Position numbers and translations under genes: made by a program. Below the pieces are notes generated by a model. The model was not told where the DNA came from. It ran no database searches and saw only the letters and a program-made list of their open reading frames with translations. Below are positions 47,906 through 58,387 of a DNA stretch of 64,000 nt, in pieces (the stretch's first letter is position 1; each line of letters opens with the position of its first letter). Source of the DNA: Candidatus Omnitrophota bacterium. GTDB lineage: Bacteria > Omnitrophota > Gorgyraeia > Gygaellales > Profunditerraquicolaceae. The DNA lies in the NCBI GenBank assembly GCA_028716965.1, contig JAQUOV010000002.1, forward strand, positions 2,113 through 66,112. Reading direction: 5' to 3'.

Positions 47906-49711
47906 TTACTGCGCTACAACATACTTAAACACATAGAGCCCTGCGTCTTCCAGCGCTAAGTAAAGATACATACCATTTTGCCTTTGTTTTATAGAGAAAT
48001 CCCGGATAGTATCAGGAAGCAAAACAGAATCCAAAAGCTCCAAATCATTGCTCTTTTTTAAAAAAACATAAAGCATGCGATTCTTTGTAACATAAGTATA
48101 CGGCCCGTATTCTAATAATTTATCAAAATAATTTGTATTCAAAATACCTTGCACATATTCTCCCAAAGGATTGATTTTTGCATGAGAAATAAGACGTTTC
48201 TTTATCACCCTGCCGTTAGTATCCAGACTGAAAGCCAGCATGTCGGGATCGGAGTCTAGCGAGTTATATTCCGTAATAAATAACGTATTTTGATAAAAGT
48301 TTATGTACCGCAAAAAACCGGGGACAGAAACACTATACTCGAGTTTCGGAGATTGCTTTGAGTTGGTATCATATACATAAAGATGATGGGCGTCAATGGC
48401 AAACAATTTGTTTCCTCGGACTTGAATATCATAAGTTTCTCCTGGGAATTTTATAGATTGGGTTTTTTTAAACTCCGGCATTTCCAATATATCGACATAA
48501 CTAGGTCCGTAATCAGGAGATTCGTACAATATAAACATACGGTTTTGACTGATCCTAGCCTTTGTGATCCCGGGGTATTTGATAAATACCTTATCGCTGG
48601 ATTCTAATTTCAAAGGATCTGTAATATTGTATATGCTTAAGCCTTTATAGTCACTTACCAATAAATTATTATTATCCACAATTACTCCGGAGATTTCCCC
48701 TGAAGCCTCAATCTTTGACTTTAACGCCAATTTCTCGGGGACACTTACATCAAAGATTACGGTGCCAGCGTCTTCAGCTGATGTATACATATAGTTTTTG
48801 TACATAACGCCTTGCCTAATATGATCCCCGGGCAGGGAATTTTTTCCTTTATACTTCAAAGAAAAAGGTGTTTTTATTTGAAAAACATAGATCAATTCAT
48901 CGAAATATATATATGCATAATTGTTTTTGATAAGTATCTGGTAGATTTTTTTCGGACCTGATAGCGAAAGGATTTTCTTATATGTAAGCCTCTTTGTGTC
49001 TAACGCACAAATTGTACTGCCTAAGTTAAAATATATGTGCCCTTGAAAATCAGCAAGCGCATACGTTGTTTTGCCTTGCATGAAGATATGCCTTAAAGTC
49101 TTAAAATCGTCTTTTAAGTTAAAAACGTATAACCCTCCGCTTCTACAGGAAGCAAAAATCATATCCCCTTCAAAAAGAATATTCTCAACCTGACCCTGGA
49201 TGGATATTTCTTTAATCAGAGAAATGTCAACTGGATTTGTTGTATTAATTTTAAATACTCTTAGGCTTCCTTCCTGGCCTAAAAAAAGCAGCCCTCCCGA
49301 TACCGATATGCTTGAACACCATTTCACAAAAGAAAGGTGCAGAATTCGCTTTGGCGAGATGCTATCTTTAATATCATAAACATACATACCGTCGTTACCA
49401 GCAGCTATATACAGAAGATTACGGGAGATTGCCATCTTCATAATTATCCCTGGGATTCTAATTTCGGCCTTTTTTTCAGGTGCACTTATATTCTTAGTGT
49501 CATAGACCAAAATCACTCCCCCAGCACCCATAAAAACTATTTCATCCTTAACTACTACACAACGACTAGGGCCAAAAGGGAGAGAATCGAATATTTCAAA
49601 ATCTGAACCTCCAGAATCTGTAATACTGTCTGCAAAAGCATGGCAAGAAGCAAAGAAAAGGAAACTAACTACTAATAAAAAAAATGTGATTTTAAAATAA
49701 TTTCTTGCCAT
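47906..49711 (-). CDS. Secreted beta-propeller protein with LVIVD-like repeats
   Basis: N-terminal signal peptide (MARNYFKITFFLLVVSFLFFASCHAFA). It has repeated motifs of the LVIVD type: GMYVYDIKDSISPKRILHL, LRVFKINTTNPVDISLI, LYVFNLKDDFKTLRHI and LSIYNITDPLKLES. Confidence 0.45.
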   Translation of the reverse strand: MARNYFKITFFLLVVSFLFFASCHAFADSITDSGGSDFEIFDSLPFGPSRCVVVKDEIVFMGAGGVILVYDTKNISAPEKKAEIRIPGIIMKMAISRNLLYIAAGNDGMYVYDIKDSISPKRILHLSFVKWCSSISVSGGLLFLGQEGSLRVFKINTTNPVDISLIKEISIQGQVENILFEGDMIFASCRSGGLYVFNLKDDFKTLRHIFMQGKTTYALADFQGHIYFNLGSTICALDTKRLTYKKILSLSGPKKIYQILIKNNYAYIYFDELIYVFQIKTPFSLKYKGKNSLPGDHIRQGVMYKNYMYTSAEDAGTVIFDVSVPEKLALKSKIEASGEISGVIVDNNNLLVSDYKGLSIYNITDPLKLESSDKVFIKYPGITKARISQNRMFILYESPDYGPSYVDILEMPEFKKTQSIKFPGETYDIQVRGNKLFAIDAHHLYVYDTNSKQSPKLEYSVSVPGFLRYINFYQNTLFITEYNSLDSDPDMLAFSLDTNGRVIKKRLISHAKINPLGEYVQGILNTNYFDKLLEYGPYTYVTKNRMLYVFLKKSNDLELLDSVLLPDTIRDFSIKQRQNGMYLYLALEDAGLYVFKYVVAQ

Positions 49712-49719
49712 GTCGGTCG

Positions 49720-51129
49720 CTAAAAAATAAGGTTATTGGCCAACTCCATAATTAATCTAAGCATATTTCCGTTTAATACTTTATCTAGAGCCTCAATAAA
49801 AATATCGATTTCTTCTGGTGTAATGATCAATGCCGGGCTAATAAATAAGTTGTCCTCTCTGCCCCCGGTATAAAGAAGTATATTGTGTTTTTTAAACAAC
49901 TCAGAAACAATTGCGGCGGGTATTAGCCCCAAAAGGAAATCATCGATATGCGGAATGTTTTTAAAAAACCCTTTTCCGAAAACTTCACTTGTATTATACA
50001 GCTCAAATATGCACAAAAGACCTATGCCGCGTACTTCTCTTATATACCTGGGATATTTAGCTTTGAGAGTCTTCATCTTCGCAAGTAAGTACTCACCTTG
50101 TAACCTTGCATTCTCGACTAAATCTTCATCATTAATAATGTTAAGCGCTTCTATTGCGCTGGCACACTCTTCTCCCATCCCCCCAAAAGTGGTAGTATGA
50201 ATAGTACAATTTTTTAACGAACCATATGTTTTTTCAAAGATTCGGGGTTTGACAATATACCCGGCTATGGAAGCCTTCCCTCCTCCCAAAGATTTAGAGA
50301 AAGTTACGATATCGGGCACGATCCCTTCATGTTCAAACCCAAACATCTTCCCTGTTTTTCCAAATCCCGTGAAGATCTCATCTGCAATCAGGATAATCCC
50401 ATTTTTCTCACACAAAGTTGAAAGTTCCTGTAAGTACCCTTTCGGCGGAGTTATTACTAAATCCCCTTTTATCGGTTCTAAAATCATGCAAGCAATATCA
50501 TTTTGCCCGCTTGATTCTCTATCTCTAATTAACCTCCTGAGCGCCCCGATATCACCGTAGGGGACCTCTAAACATCCGTCCATTGACTTAAAAAGCTCTT
50601 TGTATGGCCGGGATATCAATCCGGAAACGGACATAGCCGCAAATGTTTTCCCATGGTACCCAATATCCGTATAAATGATTTTATCGCGGTGCGGCCTATG
50701 GAATAATAATGCTATCTTTAAAGCCCCTTCATTAGCCTCTGCTCCGCTATTACAAAAAAAGGAGTACTGCAAGTCCCCGGGAAAAATCTCGGCTAAATTC
50801 TTTGCTAAAACACTCTGATAGCCAGATATAAATGCCTTACAAATCTCTAATCTTTTGTTCTGGTTAAACCGCCTCCTTGCTTCCAGTATACGGGGATGAT
50901 TATGTCCATGGTTTAAAACACTCATACCGCCGGAAAAATCTAAGATTTTTTTCCCGCATTCAGTATAAATATACATCCCTTCGGCCTTTACTATTTTATA
51001 TTCATCAAAACCCAGCACTCTCAGAAAAATCCCTATCCCCGGGTTGATATGTTTAGCATAAAGACGGACCAATTCTTTCTGCGAAAGAAGTTCCGCTTCC
51101 GATAATTGCATAAGGTTATATTTTTTCAT
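49720..51129 (-). CDS. Class III PLP-dependent aminotransferase
   Basis: DEIFTGFGKTGKMFGFEH and TFSKSLGGG (PLP-Lys block) are typical of the acetylornithine/GABA aminotransferase family. Confidence 0.75.
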   Translation of the reverse strand: MKKYNLMQLSEAELLSQKELVRLYAKHINPGIGIFLRVLGFDEYKIVKAEGMYIYTECGKKILDFSGGMSVLNHGHNHPRILEARRRFNQNKRLEICKAFISGYQSVLAKNLAEIFPGDLQYSFFCNSGAEANEGALKIALLFHRPHRDKIIYTDIGYHGKTFAAMSVSGLISRPYKELFKSMDGCLEVPYGDIGALRRLIRDRESSGQNDIACMILEPIKGDLVITPPKGYLQELSTLCEKNGIILIADEIFTGFGKTGKMFGFEHEGIVPDIVTFSKSLGGGKASIAGYIVKPRIFEKTYGSLKNCTIHTTTFGGMGEECASAIEALNIINDEDLVENARLQGEYLLAKMKTLKAKYPRYIREVRGIGLLCIFELYNTSEVFGKGFFKNIPHIDDFLLGLIPAAIVSELFKKHNILLYTGGREDNLFISPALIITPEEIDIFIEALDKVLNGNMLRLIMELANNLIF

Positions 51130-52605
51130 TTATCTGCCCGTATTAGCATCCCGCTTATATAATCCTTCTAAAATCATTGCCTTCCCGTTGGCAGGATCCT
51201 GTGAAAATACATACGACAAGTACTTCCTGGCTTCATCATGCCGGCCTTCTCCGGTCAAGATTTCAGCCAATCTCAATGCGGCCTTTTTCTTTTCTTCCGG
51301 CATCTTTCCGGTTACTTTATAAACTTTTTCCAATGTATCCTTACCCCACTGGCTGTTCCCTAACCGCAAGATGTCATCGGCTTCATGTATAAAGTAGCTT
51401 CTTTTTAACAAATACTCCCTCCTGGGGAAATAAGCGTTCAAAGGATACAGCGTAATATCAACTGCCCTAAGGGCCATAAATAGTAAAAGCGCTGCGCAAA
51501 TAAGCATCCCTGACTTTCTGTATTTCTTTTGCATTGTCTCCAAGGTATAAGCGGCCAGGATAATACCCGGGATCATACCGATACAACCCCAATCCAGGCT
51601 ACCCAGGTTCCAAAAACTGTTGATTATGTTGCCCCGCCTGATAAAACTAAAGGTGATAAAATTAAAAAGAAAGCAGACGATAAGCATTCTTATAAAAGGT
51701 TTTTTATCCCTCATCCATTTTATCACTGAAATAAGTATCAATATTCCTAACGCAAGGTTTATCATGGTATATTCATTGTCTAAGCTGATGGCAACATAAT
51801 CAAAAAACTTGGGGAAAGGTTTAATTATGAGCAAAATTAGTTCTCCCAAGTATAGTCCTGTGGAATTAAGACTTACGCCGAAAGCAGACTCATCAAGAAT
51901 ATAGCCGTATCGGGGGGCATTGGAATTAAAACTTGCGTATAGAAGCGGCGATACCACAAGAAGAGATAGAGCAAACGAGGCCCAAAGCTCCTTCTTGCTC
52001 AACCAGCGCCTTGACTGCGGGCAAGCCATCAAGAATATAAGATATACCGGCACCAAAAAGGCGGCATTTTCCTTAAACCAGAAACCTATCCCTATGATAA
52101 TACCGTTAAGCAAAAGTAATCCGGCTTTAGAATACTTTAGTGCTTTATAAAACAGCCATAAAGAAAGGGTGGCCATGCAGATTACAGCGGGGTTAGTGAC
52201 ATCGGCGATCCTGGAGGTAGTTAAATTGAACTGGCAGAGGGCAAATAACGATGCCGCAAGCAGGGCTACCGGCGTGCCTAAGCCAAGCCTGGCGAGCAAA
52301 TAAATCAATAGAATATTTAACGAACCAATGACTACAAAAGGGATCCTGGCCCCCAAAAGATTGTTTCCAAAAATATCCCATCCGGCCTTTATCAGATATT
52401 TACCTGCCATAGGCGAACATTGGGCCCTGTTGTCAATCAAAGGCAGATTAAGATGCTTCAAATCTAATGATATTTCTCTGGCCGTAGGAAAATCATGGTG
52501 TCTTTCATCCCAGACAACGCAGCAATTTGAAGCGGCATAATACCGCAGCACAAAGCCAACAATAACAATGCCAAGCAATATTAATTTTCTATATTTTTCT
52601 AGCAT
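51130..52605 (-). CDS. GT-C-fold glycosyltransferase of the ArnT/PMT type (GT39/GT83-like) with a short TPR-like C-terminus
   Basis: Polytopic N-terminus with a DE motif in the first extracytoplasmic loop (VVWDERHHDF), as in COG1807-type enzymes that use lipid-linked donors. Confidence 0.5.
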   Translation of the reverse strand: MLEKYRKLILLGIVIVGFVLRYYAASNCCVVWDERHHDFPTAREISLDLKHLNLPLIDNRAQCSPMAGKYLIKAGWDIFGNNLLGARIPFVVIGSLNILLIYLLARLGLGTPVALLAASLFALCQFNLTTSRIADVTNPAVICMATLSLWLFYKALKYSKAGLLLLNGIIIGIGFWFKENAAFLVPVYLIFLMACPQSRRWLSKKELWASFALSLLVVSPLLYASFNSNAPRYGYILDESAFGVSLNSTGLYLGELILLIIKPFPKFFDYVAISLDNEYTMINLALGILILISVIKWMRDKKPFIRMLIVCFLFNFITFSFIRRGNIINSFWNLGSLDWGCIGMIPGIILAAYTLETMQKKYRKSGMLICAALLLFMALRAVDITLYPLNAYFPRREYLLKRSYFIHEADDILRLGNSQWGKDTLEKVYKVTGKMPEEKKKAALRLAEILTGEGRHDEARKYLSYVFSQDPANGKAMILEGLYKRDANTGR

Positions 52606-53687
52606 AGAAATATCTGGTCTTCGATATTATTATCCCGCTGCGCGCAATTACGGCAGATTTTAATATCATTTATTCTATCTTTGATTTCCGCGCGAAAATT
52701 ACGGTAATTTTCACTCTTCCATATTTGTTTAAAACCCAGGTATCTGCCTTCATAAAAAACCCTGCCCATGGGGTGAGTCTCTCCTATATCTTCTACGCAC
52801 GGCAAAACAAGACCGGAATAACGAATCAAAGTACCTTCCCATGGATTATTACAACGGTTAATCAGTCTTATGGAATCTTTATCAAGCACATAATCCCAAT
52901 TTTCAGGCAGGATATCATCGCGATTTAACAAATTGAATTTGCGGAAATTTATCTTTTCTTTATCAACCCTTAAGAAAGTTACTTTATTGACGCCTAACTC
53001 TTCTGAAAGCCTCTTAACTTGTGCAAGCTCGCCTTCGTTTTCTCTCATCACGATAAACTGCAGCTCAATAAAAGGAGTAAGCGATTTTAACTTTTTTTTT
53101 GCATAAACGAGCGCCTTGATATTTTCCGCTACCTTTTCAAAATAATCCGCGCCATGATATAAAGAATAGGTTCTGGCAGAGCCGCCGTCAAAAGAAACTA
53201 TGAGATAATCCAACCCGCAAGAGACAAGCCCCTCAGCTCCTGCGGCAGATAAAAGAGATAAATTTGAACTGACTGCAACAATTATGTTTTTCTTTTTGGC
53301 ATACGAAATCATACGAAAGATATCTTTATGGAGCAGCGGTTCCCCAAAATTCCACAACCGCACGGACAAAAGAAAATCTCCTATATCTTCTATAATCTTA
53401 CAGTAATGTTCAAACGGCATATGTTTACCTTGAACGATCTGCCCCTCATCGCGATAACTATCTGAAAACCTTTCACATTTTACGCATTCATAATTACAGC
53501 TTCCCGTTGGTTCAATATTTATATTAAAAGGCAGCCCCAAACAATCTTTCGTCTTCAAAAATCGCGATATGGAAACCAACAGGAAGTTTACTATTTTTTT
53601 GGGGCTCAAAAAAAGCTTAAAAATACTCCTTGAGAGAACTCTTAATTCTAAAAAGGTGTACCTTCGGCGCAATATTCTTATCTGCAT
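52599..53687 (-). CDS. Radical SAM/SPASM protein (type A; paralog of 60632-61717)
   Basis: CNYECVKC. About 60% identical by eye to the 60632-61717 product (LGLPFNINIEPTGSCNYECVKCE against LGLPFNILIEPTGDCNYQCIKCE). Confidence 0.65.
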   Translation of the reverse strand: MQIRILRRRYTFLELRVLSRSIFKLFLSPKKIVNFLLVSISRFLKTKDCLGLPFNINIEPTGSCNYECVKCERFSDSYRDEGQIVQGKHMPFEHYCKIIEDIGDFLLSVRLWNFGEPLLHKDIFRMISYAKKKNIIVAVSSNLSLLSAAGAEGLVSCGLDYLIVSFDGGSARTYSLYHGADYFEKVAENIKALVYAKKKLKSLTPFIELQFIVMRENEGELAQVKRLSEELGVNKVTFLRVDKEKINFRKFNLLNRDDILPENWDYVLDKDSIRLINRCNNPWEGTLIRYSGLVLPCVEDIGETHPMGRVFYEGRYLGFKQIWKSENYRNFRAEIKDRINDIKICRNCAQRDNNIEDQIFLC

Positions 53688-53705
53688 ATTATTAATGTCA
53701 AGATT

Positions 53706-54749
53706 TTACCGATGCAACTGTTTAAACGCATTGAATATACTTTGGGCATTTAAAGAAAAGAGCAGGTTATTTTCAACCCCACAAGCGTGAGAACAAGATT
53801 TACAGTCAAGCAGAGGAGTCAATTTATCCCATGACTGGCGGAATCCTTTTTCCAAAACATTTATTCCCTGCTGCTGTCTCAAGGCCCCCCAGCCGCAAGC
53901 ATGCAGGGAACCATTTACCTCCAAATGTCCAAATGCTCTTCCAGCCCAACAGTGATAACGTTTTGACGGATTGGCGTCCGTTATACGGTTGTCATGAGGC
54001 CATTCCAGGGCATTCTTAAGGTATGCCAAAGAAGAACCTATCGGTGCCCCGGATAATTTTAATGTAATAAGCTTCCGGAAAACATCTTTTCTTTCTTCTC
54101 CGGACAAAATTAAATCTTTTATCTCATTTATATGAGGATGGAGATACCCCGGAAATTCAGAAAAAAATTCCAATTTATTGAAATTAGCCAGGATGCCTTC
54201 TCGTCTGGAGAAATCAACGATATCATCAATAAATCCTGCATTCCAGCGGGTTAAAGTTGTAGAAGTCCACACCCTTATTCCTGCCTGTTTAAGCGCGTAT
54301 AATGCGTTTTGCACCTCTGCTACATTGCGTTTTCCTCTTAAACGCGCATGTACCTCAGGAGGTCCATCATAAGACAAAAAAACGACATCTATTCCTTTTA
54401 ATTCTTTTACACGCTCGGCAATCTCAAAACCATTAGTAGACATTCCGACAAAAAACCCCAGCCCCTTAGCATATCTTATAATTTCACCGATATCTTCCCT
54501 CAACATCGGCTCTCCGCCGGTAAGATGCAGGCGCCTGACGCCGCAGTCTTTCATATCCGAAAAAACTATTTTTAAAGATTCTATGCTCCAACCGTCTTTT
54601 TCAGGCATGTTTTGAACTCGGCAATAAACACATGGATTGTTGCAACGGTAAGTCAACACCACATACATGCTAAGCGGCACCCTGTAACTTGGACGCAAAT
54701 GCATTTTAATTACTTGTTTGGAAAAGTATGCTATGTCAACTAATTTCAT
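53706..54749 (-). CDS. Radical SAM/SPASM protein (type B; paralog of 58384-59379)
   Basis: CNNPCVYC, GGEPML, and C-terminal CWAGRAF...ACGWG...CKSCSHAC. Confidence 0.65.
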   Translation of the reverse strand: MKLVDIAYFSKQVIKMHLRPSYRVPLSMYVVLTYRCNNPCVYCRVQNMPEKDGWSIESLKIVFSDMKDCGVRRLHLTGGEPMLREDIGEIIRYAKGLGFFVGMSTNGFEIAERVKELKGIDVVFLSYDGPPEVHARLRGKRNVAEVQNALYALKQAGIRVWTSTTLTRWNAGFIDDIVDFSRREGILANFNKLEFFSEFPGYLHPHINEIKDLILSGEERKDVFRKLITLKLSGAPIGSSLAYLKNALEWPHDNRITDANPSKRYHCWAGRAFGHLEVNGSLHACGWGALRQQQGINVLEKGFRQSWDKLTPLLDCKSCSHACGVENNLLFSLNAQSIFNAFKQLHR

Positions 54750-54765
54750 AAATTAACCCGCACAA

Positions 54766-55428
54766 TTACTCGAAGAATATAAATGAATAATCCCCTTTAT
54801 AGCCAGACTTACCGAAAATCCAAATCCACTCCTGCGGCGTATAAAAACATTCGCACGTAAGCTGCCAGCATAATAAATTATTCTTTTCTTTTTCACTCCT
54901 GTAAGATTCAACGACAATATAACTGCTTCCCCTTTTTACCCTTTCTATCTCTCTTAGTGCCTCTTCTAATTCAAAAATATATAAATAATGCAATGTATTA
55001 AGGGAGATTACCAGATCAAAATAGCCCTGCGCATACGCCAACTTACAGGCAGAACCAAAATCAAGAAATGGCTTAACCTCTTCTTTAGCATGTTCCAAGG
55101 CATAACTGGATATATCCAGCCCCCTGATTTCCAGCTCCGGGATTATTAATTTTAACTCATATAAAAGAAAACCTTTTCCGCAGCCGATGTCTAAAACCCG
55201 CTGGCCGGGCTTAAGGCCATAATATTCAACCAATCTTTCAGCCATGGATTTCCATCTGCCGTCATAAGAATAGCCGCCATATCCATATTTTCTATCACCA
55301 TCCCAATAATCTTTATCCAGCCTCTTGGCCACCTGAGCGCATTCTGCTTTATCGTATTTAATGACCCGCTCAAGGTAATCCCGTTTTGTTTTGGTATGCA
55401 GATTAGATATAAAATCAATATATCCCAT
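54766..55428 (-). CDS. Class I SAM-dependent methyltransferase
   Basis: Motif I VLDIGCGKGFLL. Confidence 0.65.
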   Translation of the reverse strand: MGYIDFISNLHTKTKRDYLERVIKYDKAECAQVAKRLDKDYWDGDRKYGYGGYSYDGRWKSMAERLVEYYGLKPGQRVLDIGCGKGFLLYELKLIIPELEIRGLDISSYALEHAKEEVKPFLDFGSACKLAYAQGYFDLVISLNTLHYLYIFELEEALREIERVKRGSSYIVVESYRSEKEKNNLLCWQLTCECFYTPQEWIWIFGKSGYKGDYSFIFFE

Positions 55429-55678
55429 AATCGGCTCCTTTAAAAAATAAGTTTCACTGTTTATCTAAAAACTTTGTGCCCATGCAAGTGCACCTGTATT
55501 CCTGAAACCTGTTCATCTTAACCTTTTACCGCGCTGTATATCATGATGAGACTTAAAAACTCTTACCTTTAGGTCAATAAGCAACTCCGCAATCCTGCAT
55601 AAAACATTTCTTTTTGTATTTTTAAGAAAAGATCTCCATAATTATATGTATCCGGGACAAATATCTGCACATCTTCCA

Positions 55679-56758
55679 TTATACAAAATCTAAGTGTTCT
55701 TTATAAATGTCAATAAAATCCAATAATAGCAGGTTTTTAGAGTGCTGGGTGCAATGATGCAAGCAATCTTTGCCTGGATTCAATTTAAGGATCCTGTTTT
55801 TTGATTTTTTGCCAAACCATAACTCGGAAAAACTCATATTTTTAATAGAACCCAATTTACCATTCCTGACATATGCTTTATCTTGACAGGCGTATATATT
55901 CAAATCTGCCCCGATTACTGTCATGCATTGCATAAAATAACAACGGCTATAGCCCTTATTATAACTTGCGTCATCCCCTTGAAAATAGTCAAATCTGTCG
56001 ATAATTTCGAAACCGTTGTCTGCCAAATCGGCTAAACCTTTTGAAACCTGTTTTTTGATTAAATTTAAAACCGGAGTGTAATGTTTCCTGTTCTCTTCCC
56101 TGCTAGTGCTTATTACGGCTTCAGAAAGCTTGACGCATCTTACGCCGCTTTCTTTCATTAATTTTAAGAATTGATAAATCTCTGTACAGTTTTCTTTTGT
56201 CACAATAAAATTTATTCCCAGCCGGCACCTATCTTTTTTATTCTTTACAAAACAGCGGATATTAGCGCATATCCTGCCAAACTCTTTCGTACTGACACCC
56301 CTTAACTTGGCATATGTATCCGGATTAGCCGCATCCATAGAGATACGCACCCAATCAGCCTGCTTACCAAGTATCTCTGCTGTCTTTCCTTTCAACAAAC
56401 TGCCATTGGTTAAAATCCCAATCCTGACACCAAGGGAAAACAGCCTGTTAACAGTTTCATTAAAATAAGGATAATACAACGGCTCTCCCCCTCCGGAGAA
56501 TGTTACGGCCTTAACCCCCATATGTCCAAAATCCTCTATTATCCTTTTTATTTTCTCCCCCGGTATTTCGTCATTTTTCCTAAAACACTGATTGAGATAT
56601 AATTTGTTGTTGCGATAACAGCAATAGCGGCAATTATGGTTACAACGGTTAGTCGGTTTCAGGCGTACATGAATTGGCGATGAAAGCAACCCTCTTTCTA
56701 TATCGCTTATCTTGGAGCTAAAATGAAGTATCTTAAGGTCTGAATATAGTTTAGGCAT
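55679..56758 (-). CDS. Radical SAM/SPASM protein
   Basis: CNHNCRYC, GGGEPL, and C-terminal CYFMQCM...ACQDKAY...CLHHCTQH. Confidence 0.6.
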   Translation of the reverse strand: MPKLYSDLKILHFSSKISDIERGLLSSPIHVRLKPTNRCNHNCRYCCYRNNKLYLNQCFRKNDEIPGEKIKRIIEDFGHMGVKAVTFSGGGEPLYYPYFNETVNRLFSLGVRIGILTNGSLLKGKTAEILGKQADWVRISMDAANPDTYAKLRGVSTKEFGRICANIRCFVKNKKDRCRLGINFIVTKENCTEIYQFLKLMKESGVRCVKLSEAVISTSREENRKHYTPVLNLIKKQVSKGLADLADNGFEIIDRFDYFQGDDASYNKGYSRCYFMQCMTVIGADLNIYACQDKAYVRNGKLGSIKNMSFSELWFGKKSKNRILKLNPGKDCLHHCTQHSKNLLLLDFIDIYKEHLDFV

Positions 56759-57245
56759 TCTTAGTCAAGACGGTATTAATAAATTCTTTTGTCCCTTTGC
56801 CTGCTTCAGGGGCCCAAGATGCAAACTCTCTGCCCTTGGACCCTCTAAAGGGCCCTCTAATTATTTCATGGAAAACAACAAAATCAGACAGAGGGATAAC
56901 GGTATGCCACATATTTTCCTTGACCCTGCACAAAGGATAACCTTGAGAACTATTTTTTTTCACAAGGATTTTTTCTACGACTAGTCCGTTTGCATTAAAA
57001 ATAACAAGATAGAAAGCCCCTTCCATAACATGTATTGATTCGTCTTTTCCTTTATGCCTGTGCGGCCTTATATAGCTGTCTTTACATAAAACAATAACCA
57101 TTTCCTGTAACGGGTCTTTTTCGTCTTTATGCATACACAACCTTGTCCTTCTAAGAGGGGCCAGTTGCGCCTGATGTTTTAATCTCTTGATTTCTTCTTT
57201 ATTTATTCTTACGGTCCGGCATTTGCTAAATTCTTTTTTTTTCAT
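56751..57245 (-). CDS. Cupin-fold protein (WbuC-like)
   Basis: 164 aa with an RPHRHKG...H motif and beta-rich composition. This class of small cupin is common in O-antigen loci. Confidence 0.35.
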   Translation of the reverse strand: MKKKEFSKCRTVRINKEEIKRLKHQAQLAPLRRTRLCMHKDEKDPLQEMVIVLCKDSYIRPHRHKGKDESIHVMEGAFYLVIFNANGLVVEKILVKKNSSQGYPLCRVKENMWHTVIPLSDFVVFHEIIRGPFRGSKGREFASWAPEAGKGTKEFINTVLTKNA

Positions 57246-57289
57246 CCTTGGGTACGATTATGTTTTTGTTTACTTCTTTAACTTTCCGG

Positions 57290-58387
57290 TTAAATTATGC
57301 GTTTTATCTCTTTTAAGGTTTCAATGACATATAGCAAGTCATCCTTTGACTGATCAGGGCCGCTTGGCAAAATAAGACCGGACCCGGCGTACAATTCTGA
57401 TCGCTTATAACGCTTACCTTGAGCGCCAGGCAGCAATTCACAAATTGGGAGCTCATACGGCTTAGCCAGAATCCCCTTACGTTTAAGCAGTTGGATCAGT
57501 TTATCTCTTTGCACGCATAACGCTTCTACCCACAAAGGAAGCTCGCCTTCTTCTACCCGCACATCTATCAAATTAATATAATCCAGGCCTTTTAATCCGT
57601 TTTGATATAAAATATAGTTGTCTCTTATGGTTTTGATCTTTTCCCTTACTCTTTTAATCTGGCTTAAGCCGATAGAAGCTAATATATCGTTAAACTTAAA
57701 ATTAAACCCCGTGATACCCTGCTTAAGCAATAAACCATCCTTTTTTGTAATACCATAATCCCTGATTGCTCTTAATTTATCAAATAGTTTCTTACTTCTA
57801 GTAACTACCAAACCGCCTTGCACTGTGGTAATAAGTTTTGTAATCGCCAAGGAAAATATACCCATCTCTGATTGGGTACCCAGACAGCCGGAAGAATTCC
57901 GCGAACATAACGCTTGCGCAGCATCCTCTATTACTGTGATGCCGTGTCTTCTTCCAAGCTTATTAATAGCCCTTATGTCAGCGGCCCTGCCGTTTAGATG
58001 TACTGGTATGATCGCTTTAGTTTTTCCGGTTATGGATTTTTTTACTTGTTCTACGTCAATAAGTGGCCTTAAGTATTCGACATCAACTAATTTTATCTTA
58101 GCACCCAAAAGCCGCGGGGCAAGCGCCGTAGCTACAAATGTTAAATTGGGAATTATAATTTCATCTCCCGGTTTAATGCCGCAGGCAAGTAAAGACATAA
58201 GCAAGGCGGAGCTACCATTAATAGTCAATACCGCATATGGGACATCGAGAATCTCAGCTAAACAGCCTTCCAGCTTCTGCGTCACTGGTCCTTGCGTAAT
58301 ATGGCCAGCCAAGATAGATTGTCCAATTTTTTTTGTCTCTTTTTCCCCAAGATCTGTCTTCCACCAGGGGATCATATATTCTTTCAT
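57290..58387 (-). CDS. DegT/DnrJ/EryC1/StrS-family PLP-dependent sugar aminotransferase
   Basis: N-terminus MIPWWKTDLGEKE...ILAGHITQGPVTQKLE and the overall length are typical of the family. Confidence 0.7.
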   Translation of the reverse strand: MKEYMIPWWKTDLGEKETKKIGQSILAGHITQGPVTQKLEGCLAEILDVPYAVLTINGSSALLMSLLACGIKPGDEIIIPNLTFVATALAPRLLGAKIKLVDVEYLRPLIDVEQVKKSITGKTKAIIPVHLNGRAADIRAINKLGRRHGITVIEDAAQALCSRNSSGCLGTQSEMGIFSLAITKLITTVQGGLVVTRSKKLFDKLRAIRDYGITKKDGLLLKQGITGFNFKFNDILASIGLSQIKRVREKIKTIRDNYILYQNGLKGLDYINLIDVRVEEGELPLWVEALCVQRDKLIQLLKRKGILAKPYELPICELLPGAQGKRYKRSELYAGSGLILPSGPDQSKDDLLYVIETLKEIKRII

